A stretch of DNA of 29,636 bases from Octopus sinensis (Eukaryota). A program made the position numbers and the translations under genes. The notes under the pieces were generated by a model. The model was given only the letters and a program-made list of their open reading frames with translations. It searched no databases and was not told where the DNA came from. The stretch lies in assembly GCF_006345805.1 (NCBI RefSeq), contig NW_021833538.1, positions 1 to 29,636 of the forward strand, in the 5' to 3' direction. This document shows positions 1 to 11,425 of this stretch, piece by piece (within the stretch, counting starts at the first letter, position 1; each line of letters opens with the position of its first letter).

Positions 1-252
1 GGAACTGTTATGTCAATGAGTATACACCTCTCATCGTTCCAGTCCTCGATTGCAATGTCAAGCTTATTGGCTTTTTTTTTCTCTATCAATGGGAATGGAC
101 ATGTCGTAGAGGATAAAGACATTGGCGTTGTCACTGACTGATAGTTACACCACTCTTCAGTCGTCTTGATCTTGTAATTCATGCATGTTTTCTAATGCGG
201 GAATGCCGCTATTTTGTTGTGCCAAAGAATGTATTCAATCTTCGCCACAAGA
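1..252 (-). pseudogene. Degraded R4/Dong-type non-LTR retrotransposon fragment (end of CCHC region and restriction-like endonuclease)
   Basis: Manual minus-strand translation gives LVAKIEYILWHNKIAAFPH*KTCMNYKIKTTEEWCNY..., then after frameshifts ILYDMSIPID...ANKLDIAIEDWNDERCILIDITVP. This parallels LLAPTEYLNRHDR...ANRPDIILKDFKQRTCLLIDMTVP in the element at 15695-17673. It runs off the window edge. Confidence 0.75.
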
Positions 253-601
253 AGTCCTCCGGTTTGAAAATATTTTCTTCCCCTTTCTTCTTCCCATCAG
301 TCTCGCTGACCCAGTAAACAGCTTTTGGTATTGCCTTCATTCCTGATTACCGATATAAAGAAGAAAAAAAAGCGATAAAGGTTCGGTTTGAAAAGCAAGC
401 CTCTTGATATTTCCTCACTGGACTGCACGATGTGCGGCTGCAAAAGTCATTAGCACAGTTTTTCTCCCTCCGATTAAATTATGTCAAAAGCAAGGCAGAG
501 CACTGGCGGAATCGTAACCGCGTCGAAAAAAATGTTTAGTGACATTTTTCCGACTTTACGTTCTGAGTTCAAATCCACCGATGTCGACTTTGCTTTTAAT
601 A

Positions 602-1164
602 TTGGGTTGTCCGGAAAGTTGGTGCCGATTTTTAAAGGAAAGAAAAAGGTCAATAAATACTTGCCATTACATTTTTAATCAACCAAATATGAACCATTTT
701 GTTGCACAATGCGTCTCCATATTTCCTTTAACTTGAAAACACCTCTTCCCAGAATTGAGGTGGATTCATGGCAAAGAATTCATCAAGGTATCTTTTTACG
801 TCATCCAAGAAATTGAAATTTTCACCATTAAGATTTCCGCAGAAACCTGAATAAGTGAAAATCCGAAGGAGCAATATCTGGTGAATATGGAGGGTGGGGT
901 AACACATCCCAGCCGAGCTGCAGCAATTTTTGTCTGGTTTCCAAAGCATCAAGTGCCAAAAATGAACTTTCTTATCTTCCATTTTAAAGGGTTACAGAAT
1001 TAACACAGGTGATAGGAACATAAACCTTCTTCCATGAAAAGATAGCTTAAATTGTGCTCTAAATGGAGGTGTAGTCAAATCCTATTTTATGGACTCAACC
1101 ATGTTCTAAGATAAATCGAAAGGTAAGCTACTATAAATCGGCATGAACTTTCCGGACAACCCAA
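602..1164 (-). mobile_element. Internally deleted mariner (Tc1/mariner) transposon, 563 bp
   Basis: 30-bp TIRs TTGGGTTGTCCGGAAAGTTGGTGCCGATTT (602-631) and AAATCGGCATGAACTTTCCGGACAACCCAA (1135-1164), 2 mismatches; TA at 600-601. The minus strand encodes a mariner N-terminus MEDKKVHFWHLML joined to the C-terminus TRQKLLQLGWDVLPHPPYSPDIAPSDFHLFRFL...WRRIVQQNGSYLVD* (stop 675-677). Confidence 0.93.
675..982 (-). pseudogene. Mariner transposase remnant (N-terminal ~14 codons fused to C-terminal ~85 codons, frameshifted)
   Basis: The YSPDIAPSDFHLF motif, which carries the third catalytic Asp of DD34D, lies at about 850-896. The HTH and the first two catalytic Asp regions are absent. Confidence 0.88.
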
Positions 1165-1338
1165 AACTTTGGGTTACAATTTTGCTTTTCATCCTTTCGA
1201 GATCGATAAAATAAATACCAGTTCAGTACTGGCGGGGAGGAGGTCATTGTAATTGATTTATTCACTCCTCAGAAACTGCTGGCCTTGTGTCACAATTTGA
1301 AACCAAGCTATGTCAAAAGCATAAGTTACTGGAACTCT

Positions 1339-1520
1339 TTAACCAATTTGAACCCAGGCGAAATTTTGAAGACTGCTGTATAAACAGGGATGACGAACAT
1401 ACGAAAGCGCCCAGTTAACTTTTATTACAGTAAGAAAACCAAATACAATGGTTAAATAAATGCCACACACAACTATCCTCAAACGAGGACAGTTGGTTAA
1501 AATGGGTTAAAATGGGTTAA
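1339..1520. mobile_element. Possible TTAA-flanked MITE remnant
   Basis: TTAACCAATTTGAACC at 1339 and GGTTAAAATGGGTTAA ending at 1520 are imperfect inverted ends with terminal TTAA. Confidence 0.3.
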
Positions 1521-1811
1521 TATAATAGCAACGTCTTCGGATGAGGAGTTTGCCACCTGGTTTCGATATCCGGCTGAATGTCATTAGTTTTCATAGAAAG
1601 AACTAATTAAGACCTCGAAATAAAAAAGAAATATATATATGAATGTTGCGTAATGTCTTATAATAAACTCGTGGCCTTGTGCTAGAGAACTGCAACAGAA
1701 TACGATTTTGAATACAATGGGAATTGCTTAAGTTTCTAACATTTTTGACTAAACAGAATATTAAATAGAACTTGATACTATGTGAATATATTAAATATTT
1801 TTGTGCTTCGT

Positions 1812-1937
1812 TGTGTCTAAAGAGAGTCATTGTGCCAACATAATTAACACACACATTGGCTCAATTCCACTCATTTATTAAATATCCGATTCTTTTTCGT
1901 GTTAAGTATATTGGTATCATGACTCTCCCTAGACGCA
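1812..1937. repeat. Short inverted-repeat (MITE-like) element with 39-bp arms
   Basis: 1812-1850 tgtgtctaaagagagtcattgtgccaacataattaacac is the imperfect reverse complement of 1899-1937 gtgttaagtatattggtatcatgactctccctagacgca. Confidence 0.6.
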
Positions 1938-2368
1938 TGAATTCACATAAAGAATCTTACAAACCAGATACAAAAACGAAGTAAATTTTTATGTGTGGAA
2001 TCACAATGTTTAAGACATTTTACTACCTTCCAAACTTAGCCAATTAGAGATGAACGAAACAGTGATATACGTTGAGACTAAGAACCGCGTTTTTTTTCTT
2101 TTTCTTTTTCGTTTTTTAGTTTTTGTTGCTAATCAAGGGATAGTTGAACACAGTTTTGTCGGGATTTCAAGGTTTATACTTTCTTCTGAATGCATAAACA
2201 TAGCCATTTATTGACTTGGTGTTTTCAGTTAAAAGCTGCATGTAAGCAACACGAGTTGTACTTTCACTGGCGCTGAACAACTGAATTTAATAAAACGCCG
2301 CATTGTCGTCTCTCGAACACATATTTAATTTTCAACGCGAATAATATTGTTTTGCTGCCAGGTTATAT

Positions 2369-2369
<1 letters not shown>

Positions 2370-2415
<46 letters not shown>
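2370..2415. repeat. (TA)n microsatellite
   Basis: Direct reading. Confidence 0.95.
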
Positions 2416-2417
<2 letters not shown>

Positions 2418-2679
2418 CAAATAAGAAAATGAGAAACAATTTAGTTGGTTAATCAGCTTTAGGATATTATAATGTTGACTTATTTATTTAACAAAACAAG
2501 AACCATAATAACATACATATATACATTAAAATTCAATACATATAACATAAGAATACAATTATAAAAACCTTAATATAAATTATATATATATATATCGTTA
2601 CTATTATGTTAAACTGTCGTATGCACAAATTTGGTTGAATGCAATTTTTGTTTCAATTTTTATTTTTGCTTACAATAGC

Positions 2680-2992
2680 CGGTTCCTTTGGTCAAACTAT
2701 CGTATCTCCAGCTGCTTCAGATGCCAAGATATCAAAAATTGTCAAAGTGTAGTACAACGATTTTGCTATGGAATGCTGAAACTATTTTTCGTTTTCTGAA
2801 AAAGCAACGTTTTGGACTTACGACACTTTTGCATAAGGCCTTGCCCTATTTAACACTGTCCTGCAACCGATCAAAGGGGAAAAGGACCCCATTTCCTTTA
2901 AACTGAATCTGGACAAATATTTCTTCAAGGAATACTAGATAAGCCACCTATACTTGGATACAACTTACTCAACAAGAACTCCCTGCTCGAAT
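2680..2992 (+). pseudogene. Degraded CR1/L2-group LINE ORF2 C-terminus
   Basis: With one frameshift it reads GLALFNTVLQPIKGEKDPISFKLNLDKYF..ILDKPPILGYNLLNKNSLLE*. This parallels GPQLFNILPKNLRDL...FKMKLDLFLSGIPDEP...NSLMHQ in the LINE at 12337-12878. Confidence 0.6.
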
Positions 2993-3234
2993 GAACCATG
3001 ATACCACAAAACTTCACTTAAAAAGGATTTGGCTAATCTTATCAGATGTTGCAATTAAGTTTGGTCGAGATATATCTAAATTTATCTAAGTTTGTTTACA
3101 GAGTTGGCCAATTCAAAATTCCATTAATACTTAATATTCAATTTTATTTATTCATTCCAATTATGAAAGCTGTGAGTTGCAATCACTGATTTTATTTTCG
3201 ATATTTTTCTCTTTATTAGCGAAGTCTTTTGTTT

Positions 3235-3300
3235 TAATCTTGGAATTGAGCACCACGACGCGTAATCACGGAGGTGTGAGTTCGAGTCTCATAGCCAACC
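3235..3300 (+). other. tRNA-like fragment (SINE head or tRNA pseudogene)
   Basis: B-box-like GTTCGAGTC in ggtgtgagttcgagtctcatagcc, with an A-box-like ttggaattgagc upstream. No complete cloverleaf. Confidence 0.35.
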
Positions 3301-3534
3301 GCCAACACTTTTTTCTGCAAAATAAGGCTAGCTGATCCTGTTCAGGCTATATTATTAGCATCATCCTGCGTTTGAGAATTTAAAATCACTTCTTCAACTT
3401 TCTAAGACATCTCAATTCTTCTAAAGCAAACTTTGTTTGTTTGTTTACGTTCATCGTAATTTGAATTTAAATTGGTTTTGATTTACTGTCAGGTGACTTT
3501 TGGTCAACCCTGTATATTTGTATACGTATATACC

Positions 3535-3561
3535 AGTGTGTGTGTGTGTGTGTGTATTAAT

Positions 3562-3652
<91 letters not shown>

Positions 3653-3660
3653 GAGTGTGT
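3535..3660. repeat. (GT)n followed by (TA)n microsatellite
   Basis: Direct reading. Confidence 0.95.
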
Positions 3661-3667
3661 GTATTGA

Positions 3668-3877
3668 AACGGCTTGCAAGTAGAATCGATGGTGAGTAGG
3701 ACAAAATGTATTTCTTCTGAATCTTTACATTCTGATATCAAATTTCACCGAGGTCGATATTGGTTCTCATCCTTTCATGGTCGATAAGATAAGTACCAAT
3801 TGAACACCGGGGTAGATGAATTCAATTTACCCACATCCTTTAAAATAGCCGGTCTTGTGCCAAAATCTGAAACCAAT
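3668..3877 (+). mobile_element. SINE family A, diverged copy
   Basis: tttacattctgatatcaaatttcaccgaggtcgat...catcctttcatggtcgataagataagtacca core and ggtcttgtgccaaaatctgaaacca tail. Confidence 0.75.
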
Positions 3878-4191
<314 letters not shown>

Positions 4192-4693
4192 ATGTCAAGT
4201 GTAATACTTCCGGAATGAATTTCCGCCTCAACATAGTACTGATAATTGCACGTGACAGAATATTTAGTAACTAAGGGTGATAATAGCATTTATTATGCAA
4301 ATGTTTTGCTTTTTATTTTGGGTTTTAGGGGTTTCTTTTATTACTTTTTCTGTCACAAACTTAAATTAAATGCGGTTCTTAAAAACAAGATGAAACCCTA
4401 TGGTATCCATTGTTTTTTTTTTTTTTTTTTGTTTCTTTTTGTCATAACTCCGTTTGCTCATGGGAAGAATTCGCTGCGTAAATATATCAAAGATGGAGGG
4501 GAATCATAGAAAATGGTAAATTTTATTGGAAGCATGAAAATGCATTTAAAGGTTATGAGTGAAATATTTATAATTTTTTTATGGCACGATTATTCGAGAG
4601 TTATCAATGGTATTTGGTGAGTTACATTTTATTTTGGTTATTTATCATAAAATTTTATACATACGCGCATACACACACATGTGCATACATACA

Positions 4694-4740
<47 letters not shown>

Positions 4741-4746
<6 letters not shown>

Positions 4747-4859
4747 CTACAGATATTTATATATTTGTGCATATGTGTGTTTATGTGTTTATGAATGCAT
4801 GTGCCTTGTATGCATCTATGCCTGTGCGTGTATGTGTGCGTGCGTGTACGTGTGCGTGG

Positions 4860-4898
<39 letters not shown>

Positions 4899-5125
4899 CT
4901 TGCGAGCACGTGCGTGCATTTGTGTTTCGTTATTAGAAACACCCTGCACTGTGACCTCGAATCAAGTTTTCGCCGAGAAACCCTTGTCAACGAACGCATA
5001 CATATACAAACACATGCACCCACACTACGCACACATACATCTACGCATACACACACACACCACACACACACACATACATACATATATGGCTGGATGGAGA
5101 GAGAGAGAGAGAAAGAGATGTACCA

Positions 5126-5173
<48 letters not shown>

Positions 5174-5556
5174 CCTCTACAGATATTTATATATTTGTGC
5201 ATATGTGTGTTTATGTGTTTATGAATGCATGTGCCTTGTATGCATCTATGCTGTGCGTGTATGTGTGCGTGCGGTGCGTGTACGTGTGCGTGGAAGTGTT
5301 GTGTGTGTGTGTAGTGTGTGTGTGTGCGTGCTTGCGAGCACGTGCGTGCATTTGTGTTTTTCGTTATTAGAAACACCCTGCACTGTGACCTCGAATCAAG
5401 TTTTCGCCGAGAAACCCTTGTCAACGAACGCATACATATACAAACACATGCACCCACACTACGCACACATACATCTACGCATACACACACACACCACACA
5501 CACACACATACATACATATATGGCTGGATGGAGAGAGAGAGAGAGAAAGAGATGTA

Positions 5557-5600
<44 letters not shown>
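4741..5600. repeat. Tandem duplication, unit about 430 bp, microsatellite-rich
   Basis: atacctctacagatatttatatatttgtgc begins at 4741 and again at 5171. Both units contain gttattagaaacaccctgcactgtgacctcgaatcaag and ggctggatggagagag. Confidence 0.9.
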
Positions 5601-5601
<1 letters not shown>

Positions 5602-6271
5602 TTACATGCATATATATATACATACAAACATCCATGCGGGTATTTTTATGTGTGCGTATGCGTGTGTGTATGTGTGTGTGTGTGTTGGTGTGTGGGTGTG
5701 TATGCGTATGTATGCGTATACACGTAGCTAATTGGCTATTTACAAACAAAAGGGGACAATACTTGAACATTTGAACATTGGAATAACCCCTGACATTATT
5801 GAAACGAAAAGAAAGAAATTTTTTATAATCAATTATTTAATTGTATTTTACTTCGGAGTTTCACCGTTTCTAATGGCTTTCTTTGGAGGATACAATAAAA
5901 CATGCTTCAAATGTGAAAAGAATAAATATTAGAATAAAATAAAAATAAAGCTGTTTGTTCATTGTAAAAATTCGATTAGATCGAGAAAACGATAGTTTTG
6001 AGGCAGCGGTTATACTGCAATACGAGCTGTGTGTCTTTAGAGATAGTTAAGCTCAGGAACAACATATCGTTAGAACAATGTTTGGATACTAAAACGTCAA
6101 TTAATAATATCATAAACTTTGTCAGTGAAGCTGCTTTCATTTGAAATTACTAAGTCTTTTAATTAAATGTCTTAAAGCGTTTCCACACAGTGGAGTAATA
6201 ACTCCTTGAATAAAAATAATAGTGTCCAAATATCACCTTAACTTCCATCTTGGCATTGAAATTTATTCTTA

Positions 6272-6810
6272 ACTAGCAGCATAGCCCGGCTTTGCCCGGG
6301 TATGTAAGAGCCCCTAGTAGCCAACGACTAATCCCAATCTAGTCCTTTCCCTCTAGGGAACGAAGGCGCATGTGTAGGTTGCAATGTCTTCACTTGAATA
6401 CTTCTGTGTATACGAATGTTCCTAGCGATTTCCCCTAAATGGCATGATTTTATCGATTTTTTCTGATGGTAAGGTATTGCATGGAAAACTAACGTCAGAA
6501 TTAAGTTTCTTGGGGTAACATTAAGCTTCACCATGAGTTTGGTGAAAATCGATTGCAAGTTGCGAAAACTACAACAGAAAATGTGTTGCATATAAAAAGC
6601 TTAGATTCTCGACCCCATGTCGAATTTATCGATTTTTTTCACAACTGGGGGAACTTTTCAAAATTTTCTCTGCGTTAGTTTTGAATTATGACATTGGGCT
6701 ATGTGTGTGTCAAGTTTCATCAGAATCGGTAGAAAGCCGTGGTCAGGGTGAGGGTACAACCTGACAGACACACAGACAAACAGACAGACAAACTGCCGTT
6801 TATATATAGA
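6272..6810 (+). mobile_element. Non-autonomous Helitron/Helentron-type element (HINE/DINE-like)
   Basis: 5' ACTAGCAGCATAGCCCGGCTTTGCCCGGG with a subterminal hairpin; internal aagtttcatcagaatcgg motif; (CAGA)n tract; 3' end gtttatatatagag. The same 5' end recurs at 26599. Confidence 0.65.
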
Positions 6811-6949
6811 GAGATGTATGTGTGTTTGTGTGTGTATGTATGCGGGTATGTGCGTGTGTGTGTGTGTATGTGCGTGTGTGTGTGTGTGTCAAAGGCATTC
6901 CATCCGTGACCATCCCGTTGCTCTTGCATTTTAGAGGCATATTATCGTT

Positions 6950-7165
6950 TACTTTTCACTTGTTTCAGTCATTAGGGTACGGACCATGCTGGGGCACCAT
7001 CTACAAAGGGATTAGTCGAACAAATGAAACCCAGCGGTCACTTTTTTTAAAGTCTGGTACTTACTCTATTAATCATATTTGACGAACTGCTATGTCGCTA
7101 GGGCGTAAACAAATTAACAAATGGTGATGATGGGGGGGGGGAAGAAACAAAAACACAAAGATACA
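6950..7165 (-). mobile_element. SINE family C, 3' half, diverged
   Basis: cttgtttcagtcattag...ccatgctggggcacc...aaagtctggtacttactcta matches the reverse-strand tail of the full copy at 21628-22035. Confidence 0.7.
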
Positions 7166-7248
7166 TGCACACCTAAATATATGTGCTTGTATATATGTGT
7201 GTGCGTGTATTATATACATATATATATGCTTATATACATATACTTATA

Positions 7249-7288
<40 letters not shown>

Positions 7289-7290
7289 TT

Positions 7291-7485
7291 GTGTGTCTGT
7301 GTTTGTCCCCCACCATCGTTTGACAACCGATGCTGGTCTGTTTACGTCCCCGAGACCTAGCGGTTCGGCAAAAGAGAACGACAGAATGAGCAGTAGGCTT
7401 ACAAAGAATAAGCCCTGGAATCGAGGCGGCGCTCCAGCATAGCCGTAGTGAAATGACTGAAGCAAGTAAAAGAATAAAAGAATAT
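7291..7485 (+). mobile_element. SINE family C, 3' half
   Basis: tgtttgtcccccaccatcgtttgacaaccgatgctgg...gcggttcggcaaaagag...ggcggcgctccagcatagccgtagtgaaatgactgaagcaagtaaaagaataaaag. Confidence 0.85.
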
Positions 7486-7539
7486 ATATATATATGGGGA
7501 TTCCTCTCAATTTCCTATCAAAATTCTCCCATAAGACAT

Positions 7540-7650
7540 TGGGTGGTCTGGGGTTGTAGTAGACGACACTTGCCCAAAGTGTTTTGCGGTGGGACCGAAA
7601 CTGGACCCACCTGATAGCAAAGAGAGCTTCTTCATCACAGGAGTGCATTT
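7540..7650 (-). mobile_element. SINE family C head fragment
   Basis: gacacttgcccaaagtgttttgcggtgggaccgaaac...agcttct resembles 21953-22020 (gacacttgcctaagatgccacacagtaggactgaacc...agcttct). Confidence 0.5.
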
Positions 7651-7710
7651 CCTAATATGACCTTCCTTTATTTCAGAGACAAGCATGAGAGGATGTACAC
7701 GAGAGCGGGG

Positions 7711-7741
<31 letters not shown>

Positions 7742-8054
7742 CTGCTATTTCTAATTAGGACAAAAAGCATGTTTTTGACAAACTATGTACTCCTATGTAT
7801 GTTGAATGGACTTAGTCAATCTCTTCTGTGTAATGTTTGAAATTAATTTAAATTCTACAGTTGTCTACACTGCTTTCCTTCATCAGAATTTATTATTAGA
7901 ATAATGAGTTCTTCTTCATCATTGTAAGAGTCATTTTAATTAATTGATTAATTAGTTAAAATTTCTTGGTTCATTAGATTAAGTATGCTTGTGCCCACTT
8001 TACTGAAGAATTACTAGATCATGTGGGTTGATTTACTATTATGCGAGTAAACAG

Positions 8055-8250
8055 AAGTGGAAGACAACGGTTTCGAATTTTGGAACAAGACCAGTAATTA
8101 CATCGATCCACCCTTGCATCGACTGTCACCACGATGAAAGGAAAAATTTGGCCTTGGCAGGATTTGAACTCAGAACGGAACGAGTGGGGGAAAATGAAAA
8201 GTAAGCTTTGTGTTCGACTCACTGGTGACGGTGTCAGCTCGTCACCTTAA
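8055..8250 (-). mobile_element. SINE family A
   Basis: tttcgaattttggaacaagaccag tail and gatttgaactcagaacg core on the reverse strand. Confidence 0.7.
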
Positions 8251-8347
8251 AATGGGACCATTTTAAATAAATACAATTGTTGGGGATTAAATACCCGGTA
8301 ACACCTGCCGCATGAAAAATTGATAGTAAAATTGGCGCCCCCATACT

Positions 8348-8505
8348 TAAAGGCAGTGATATGGTGGAATCGTTAGTGCATCGAACAAAATGCACAGCAG
8401 TGTATGTTTCAGATATTTACGCTCTCTGCCCAAATTCTACTGGATTCAACTTTGCCTTCGTTTCTCTCTGGTGTCGGTAAAATAAAGTATTAATCCCGTC
8501 GAGGG
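8348..8505 (+). mobile_element. SINE family A, diverged
   Basis: aaaggcagtgatatggtggaatcgttagtgca...caaaatgcacagc...caactttgccttc...gtcggtaaaataaagta. Confidence 0.6.
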
Positions 8506-8559
8506 CTTCCACTAATCCTCTCTTCACCAGCCCCTCTACTTTTAAGCTTTGTATCTATA

Positions 8560-8775
8560 TTAATTTCAAAATTTTGAAAAAGGCCAGAAATTTTGGGGGT
8601 AGGGGTTAAGTCGGTTACAACGACCCCAGTGTTCAACTGGTATTTATTTTATCGATCTCGAAAGGATGAAAGGTAAAGTCGAGCTTGGCCGTTTTTGAAC
8701 TCAGAACGTGAAGACGGACGAAATACCGTTAAGCATTTTGTACGTGGAATACAAGCAATTTTGTCACCTTGCCGA
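8560..8775 (-). mobile_element. SINE family A
   Basis: cgaccccagtgttcaactggtatttattttatcgatctcgaaaggatgaaaggtaaagtcgagcttggccgtttttgaactcagaacgt. Confidence 0.85.
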
Positions 8776-8816
8776 ACAAAATGCTGCAAAGCATTTTTCC
8801 GGCATGCTAACGATTC

Positions 8817-9052
8817 TTATTTCTTTACTACCCACAAGGATCTAAACATAGAGGGGACAAACAAGGACAGACAAAGGGATTAAGTCGATTACATCGACCC
8901 CAGTGAGTAACTGGTACTATATTTATCGACCCCGAAAGGATGATAGGCAAAGTCGACGTTGGTGGAATTTGAACTCAGAACGTAACGACAGATGAAATAC
9001 GGCTAAGCATTTTGCCCGGCGTGCTAACGATTCAGCAAGCTTGCCGCCTTAA
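8817..9052 (-). mobile_element. SINE family A, near full length (cttgtgggtagtaaagaaataa tail variant)
   Basis: gtcgattacatcgaccccagtgagtaactggtact...atcgaccccgaaaggatgataggcaaagtcgac...gaatttgaactcagaacgt...gctaagcattttgcccggcgtgctaacgattc. Confidence 0.9.
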
Positions 9053-9081
9053 GCCTTGCAGCTATATTAAAAATAATTATT

Positions 9082-9295
9082 CAAGGCGATAGATTGGCGA
9101 AATCGTTAAAGCACAAGAAGAAATACCTTTCGGTATTTGCTCTGGATCTCTGCGTTCTGATTTCAAATCTCAGCCAGGTCAAATTTGCCTTGAATCTTAT
9201 TTTCAGGATCGATAAAATAACGAACCATTCAAGTATTGTGGATCGAAGTAACTGACTCCCCGATGTTTGACCTTGTATCTATATCAGAATCAATA
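9082..9295 (+). mobile_element. SINE family A, diverged
   Basis: aaggcgatagattggcgaaatcgttaaagc...gcgttctgatttcaaatc...ggatcgataaaataa...gaccttgtatctatatcagaa. Confidence 0.65.
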
Positions 9296-9306
9296 CCTGT
9301 TCCTAC

Positions 9307-9375
9307 CTTTTATATTCCGAGCATCCGGGAAGGTGTAGTGAATTTGCCTGTATTTAACTGACAAGATGTTGTCTT
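9307..9375 (-). CDS. Possible isolated 69-nt coding exon of an unidentified gene
   Basis: Minus-strand acceptor ctttttattctacag| and donor AAG|gtagga. One open frame reads (x)DNILSVKYRQIHYTFPDARNIK(x), phase-symmetric. No homology recognised. Confidence 0.25.
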
Positions 9376-9554
9376 CTGTAGAATAAAAAGCCAGCAGGTC
9401 ACCATTTTTGCATTCTCCGAAAAAGTTTCCATAACGAGCACATAACTGTTATTTATAAAGTCACTAAGGAAACGTTCGTAACACGATAGCACAGAAAGAA
9501 ATCATACTTGATCCGAGAAGTCAAGAAATGCTACTTGGTACATAACTTTATCTT

Positions 9555-9600
9555 TTGTCTTTCGTTTCAGTTATTAGACTGCAGCCATGCTGGAGCACCG
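9555..9600 (-). mobile_element. SINE family C 3' tail fragment
   Basis: gtttcagttattagactgcagccatgctggagcaccg. Confidence 0.6.
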
Positions 9601-10751
9601 TGCATCTGCACATATATATCTTCATAGCGGGGCAAGATTTTTCGAAGAGCACAAACAGTTATCTATGCAATGCAAGAGAACCCACCACTTCATCAGTATT
9701 TACCTAAAGGAAAGGCCACCGATTTGAGGCGAAATAGTTTGGCACCAGTGGATCTAAAACGTTGCCATCAGAACGCAAAGAGAGAGTCGGAGCCCCCCCC
9801 GACCCTCTAATACTTCCAATGATTTATCGCCCTGCATTTTTACTTTTCTATCAACACTGAAAAGAAGAGAAGCAAAATAGACCTTAGCGAGAATTGAACA
9901 CAGAGTGTAGAGGATTGGAAAAGACACCGTGAGGCATTCAACCCAAAGCTCTGCCAACTATGCCAATTCACCGTCTCGGTAAGATGAGACAATCATGGTA
10001 TTTTAATTAAAAATCTGTGGTGTCTACACAGTCTTTATGTTACTTCTATTTTGGGTCGTATGGAGGTGACCTCTGCCTCGTAAATTATTGCTTCTGCATT
10101 GCAAAAAATGTCGAGTGGGAATATATTTAGGTTTCTGCACGAGTATATATCTTCGGTTTTTGTTGACGACTGCGTACAATAATGTATTTTGTTTCTTTTT
10201 CATGTTGGTATAATGACACCCAATGCAGCGAGAAGATGAGATTCTTAACAGCGCGGTAGAAACTTTTCTAGCATCAAAGGAGTGGCATCGAATTATATGG
10301 CTGATACTCTGAACTTCCAGTAGAATATTAGCATCACCGGGAAACCATTCTATTGCTCCATGCGAAATATATCTTGACTTTAATCCATTTGTGATTTATG
10401 ATCGTAATCATGTCTCAATGAAGTCCAAACGCCGCAGGCAGGAAATCTTGGAGTAGGAAATAAAAATTAGTGCATGATTCTACTGGTCATAAAGAAGCAA
10501 TTCCTTACGTTAATTCCTCTCGAGATGATAGCGAGAACGAAAGAGAGTTTTAGGAAGACAGACAGAGAGAGAGAGAGAGGCAAACAGACAGAAATTAGAA
10601 GAAAACGATGAACGGATTCTTTGCTTAATATATCAAATTCCAACAAATAGATGAAACTACATTTTCTACAGAGTTCATGCAGAGAGTATAAATGTTCTAA
10701 TTGTTGGTCACTCTGTATTATACTGGAAAAATATAAAAGTATATATAAATA

Positions 10752-10754
<3 letters not shown>

Positions 10755-10814
<60 letters not shown>

Positions 10815-11377
10815 TATAAATATAAAAGTATATATACATATATTATATATATTATACATACATACGTAATTATATATTATAATATATATTATATATATAT
10901 ATATATATATATGGACACATATACACACATACACGCACGCATGCTTTATCTATATCTAAATATCATCGTATAATAGATACAAAGATAGATAGTTAGATAG
11001 ACAGATGATAGATAGATAGAAAAACTTAAATATATATGCACATACCTAATATATATATATATTATATAATCATCCATACAATAATATATATATAATATAT
11101 TATACATATATATATATATATATACATACATACGTATTAATATATATAATATATATATATATATATATTATAATATATATATATGGACACATATACACAC
11201 ATACACGCACGCATGCTTATATCTATATCTAAAATATTCGTATATAATAGATACAAAGATAGATAGTTAGATAGACAGATGATAGATAGATAGAAAAACT
11301 TAAAATATATGCACATAACCTAGATATTATATATATTATATAATCATACATACAAATATAGATATATATATATATAC

Positions 11378-11425
<48 letters not shown>

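Larger units (their letters stand above)
493..1306 (+). mobile_element. SINE (family A) split into 493-597 and 1181-1306 by a mariner insertion
   Basis: 5' part ctggcggaatcgt...ttacgttctgagttcaaatccaccgatgtcgactttgctttt resumes at 1181 as tttgcttttcatcctttcgagatcgataaaataaataccag. The two parts are colinear with intact copies such as 8817-9052. Confidence 0.8.

Noticed and set aside
1530-1620. cggatgagg and atcgaaaccagg motifs (the latter also at about 24545)
   Set aside because: The half-motifs are on inconsistent strands or lack a CUGANGA core, so no coherent hammerhead forms.
3500-3522. gacttttggtcaaccctgta, a Tc1/mariner-like TIR end
   Set aside because: I found no matching left TIR or transposase remnant.
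6705-6730. CUGAUGA on the minus strand, and other isolated CUGANGA 7-mers (156, 1268, 9690, 17293, 27314, 29334)
   Set aside because: They lie inside other elements or lack a GAAA with paired stems. Isolated 7-mers are expected by chance.
7845-7895. Minus-strand UAAAUU-CUGAUGA-AG-GAAA-GCAG...CUG-UA-GAAUUUA
   Set aside because: It has both core motifs but essentially no stem II, and stems I and III each need an indel to pair. It may be a deleted relic but cannot be called.
7995-8060. CCACUUUA-CUGAAGA...hairpin...AAGUGG
   Set aside because: The GAAA core is absent. At best it is a heavily decayed HHR.
10090-10150. HCKKCRVGIYLGFCTSIY, resembling a piggyBac C-terminal cysteine-rich motif
   Set aside because: It is too short, surrounded by stops, and has no upstream DDD domain or TIR.
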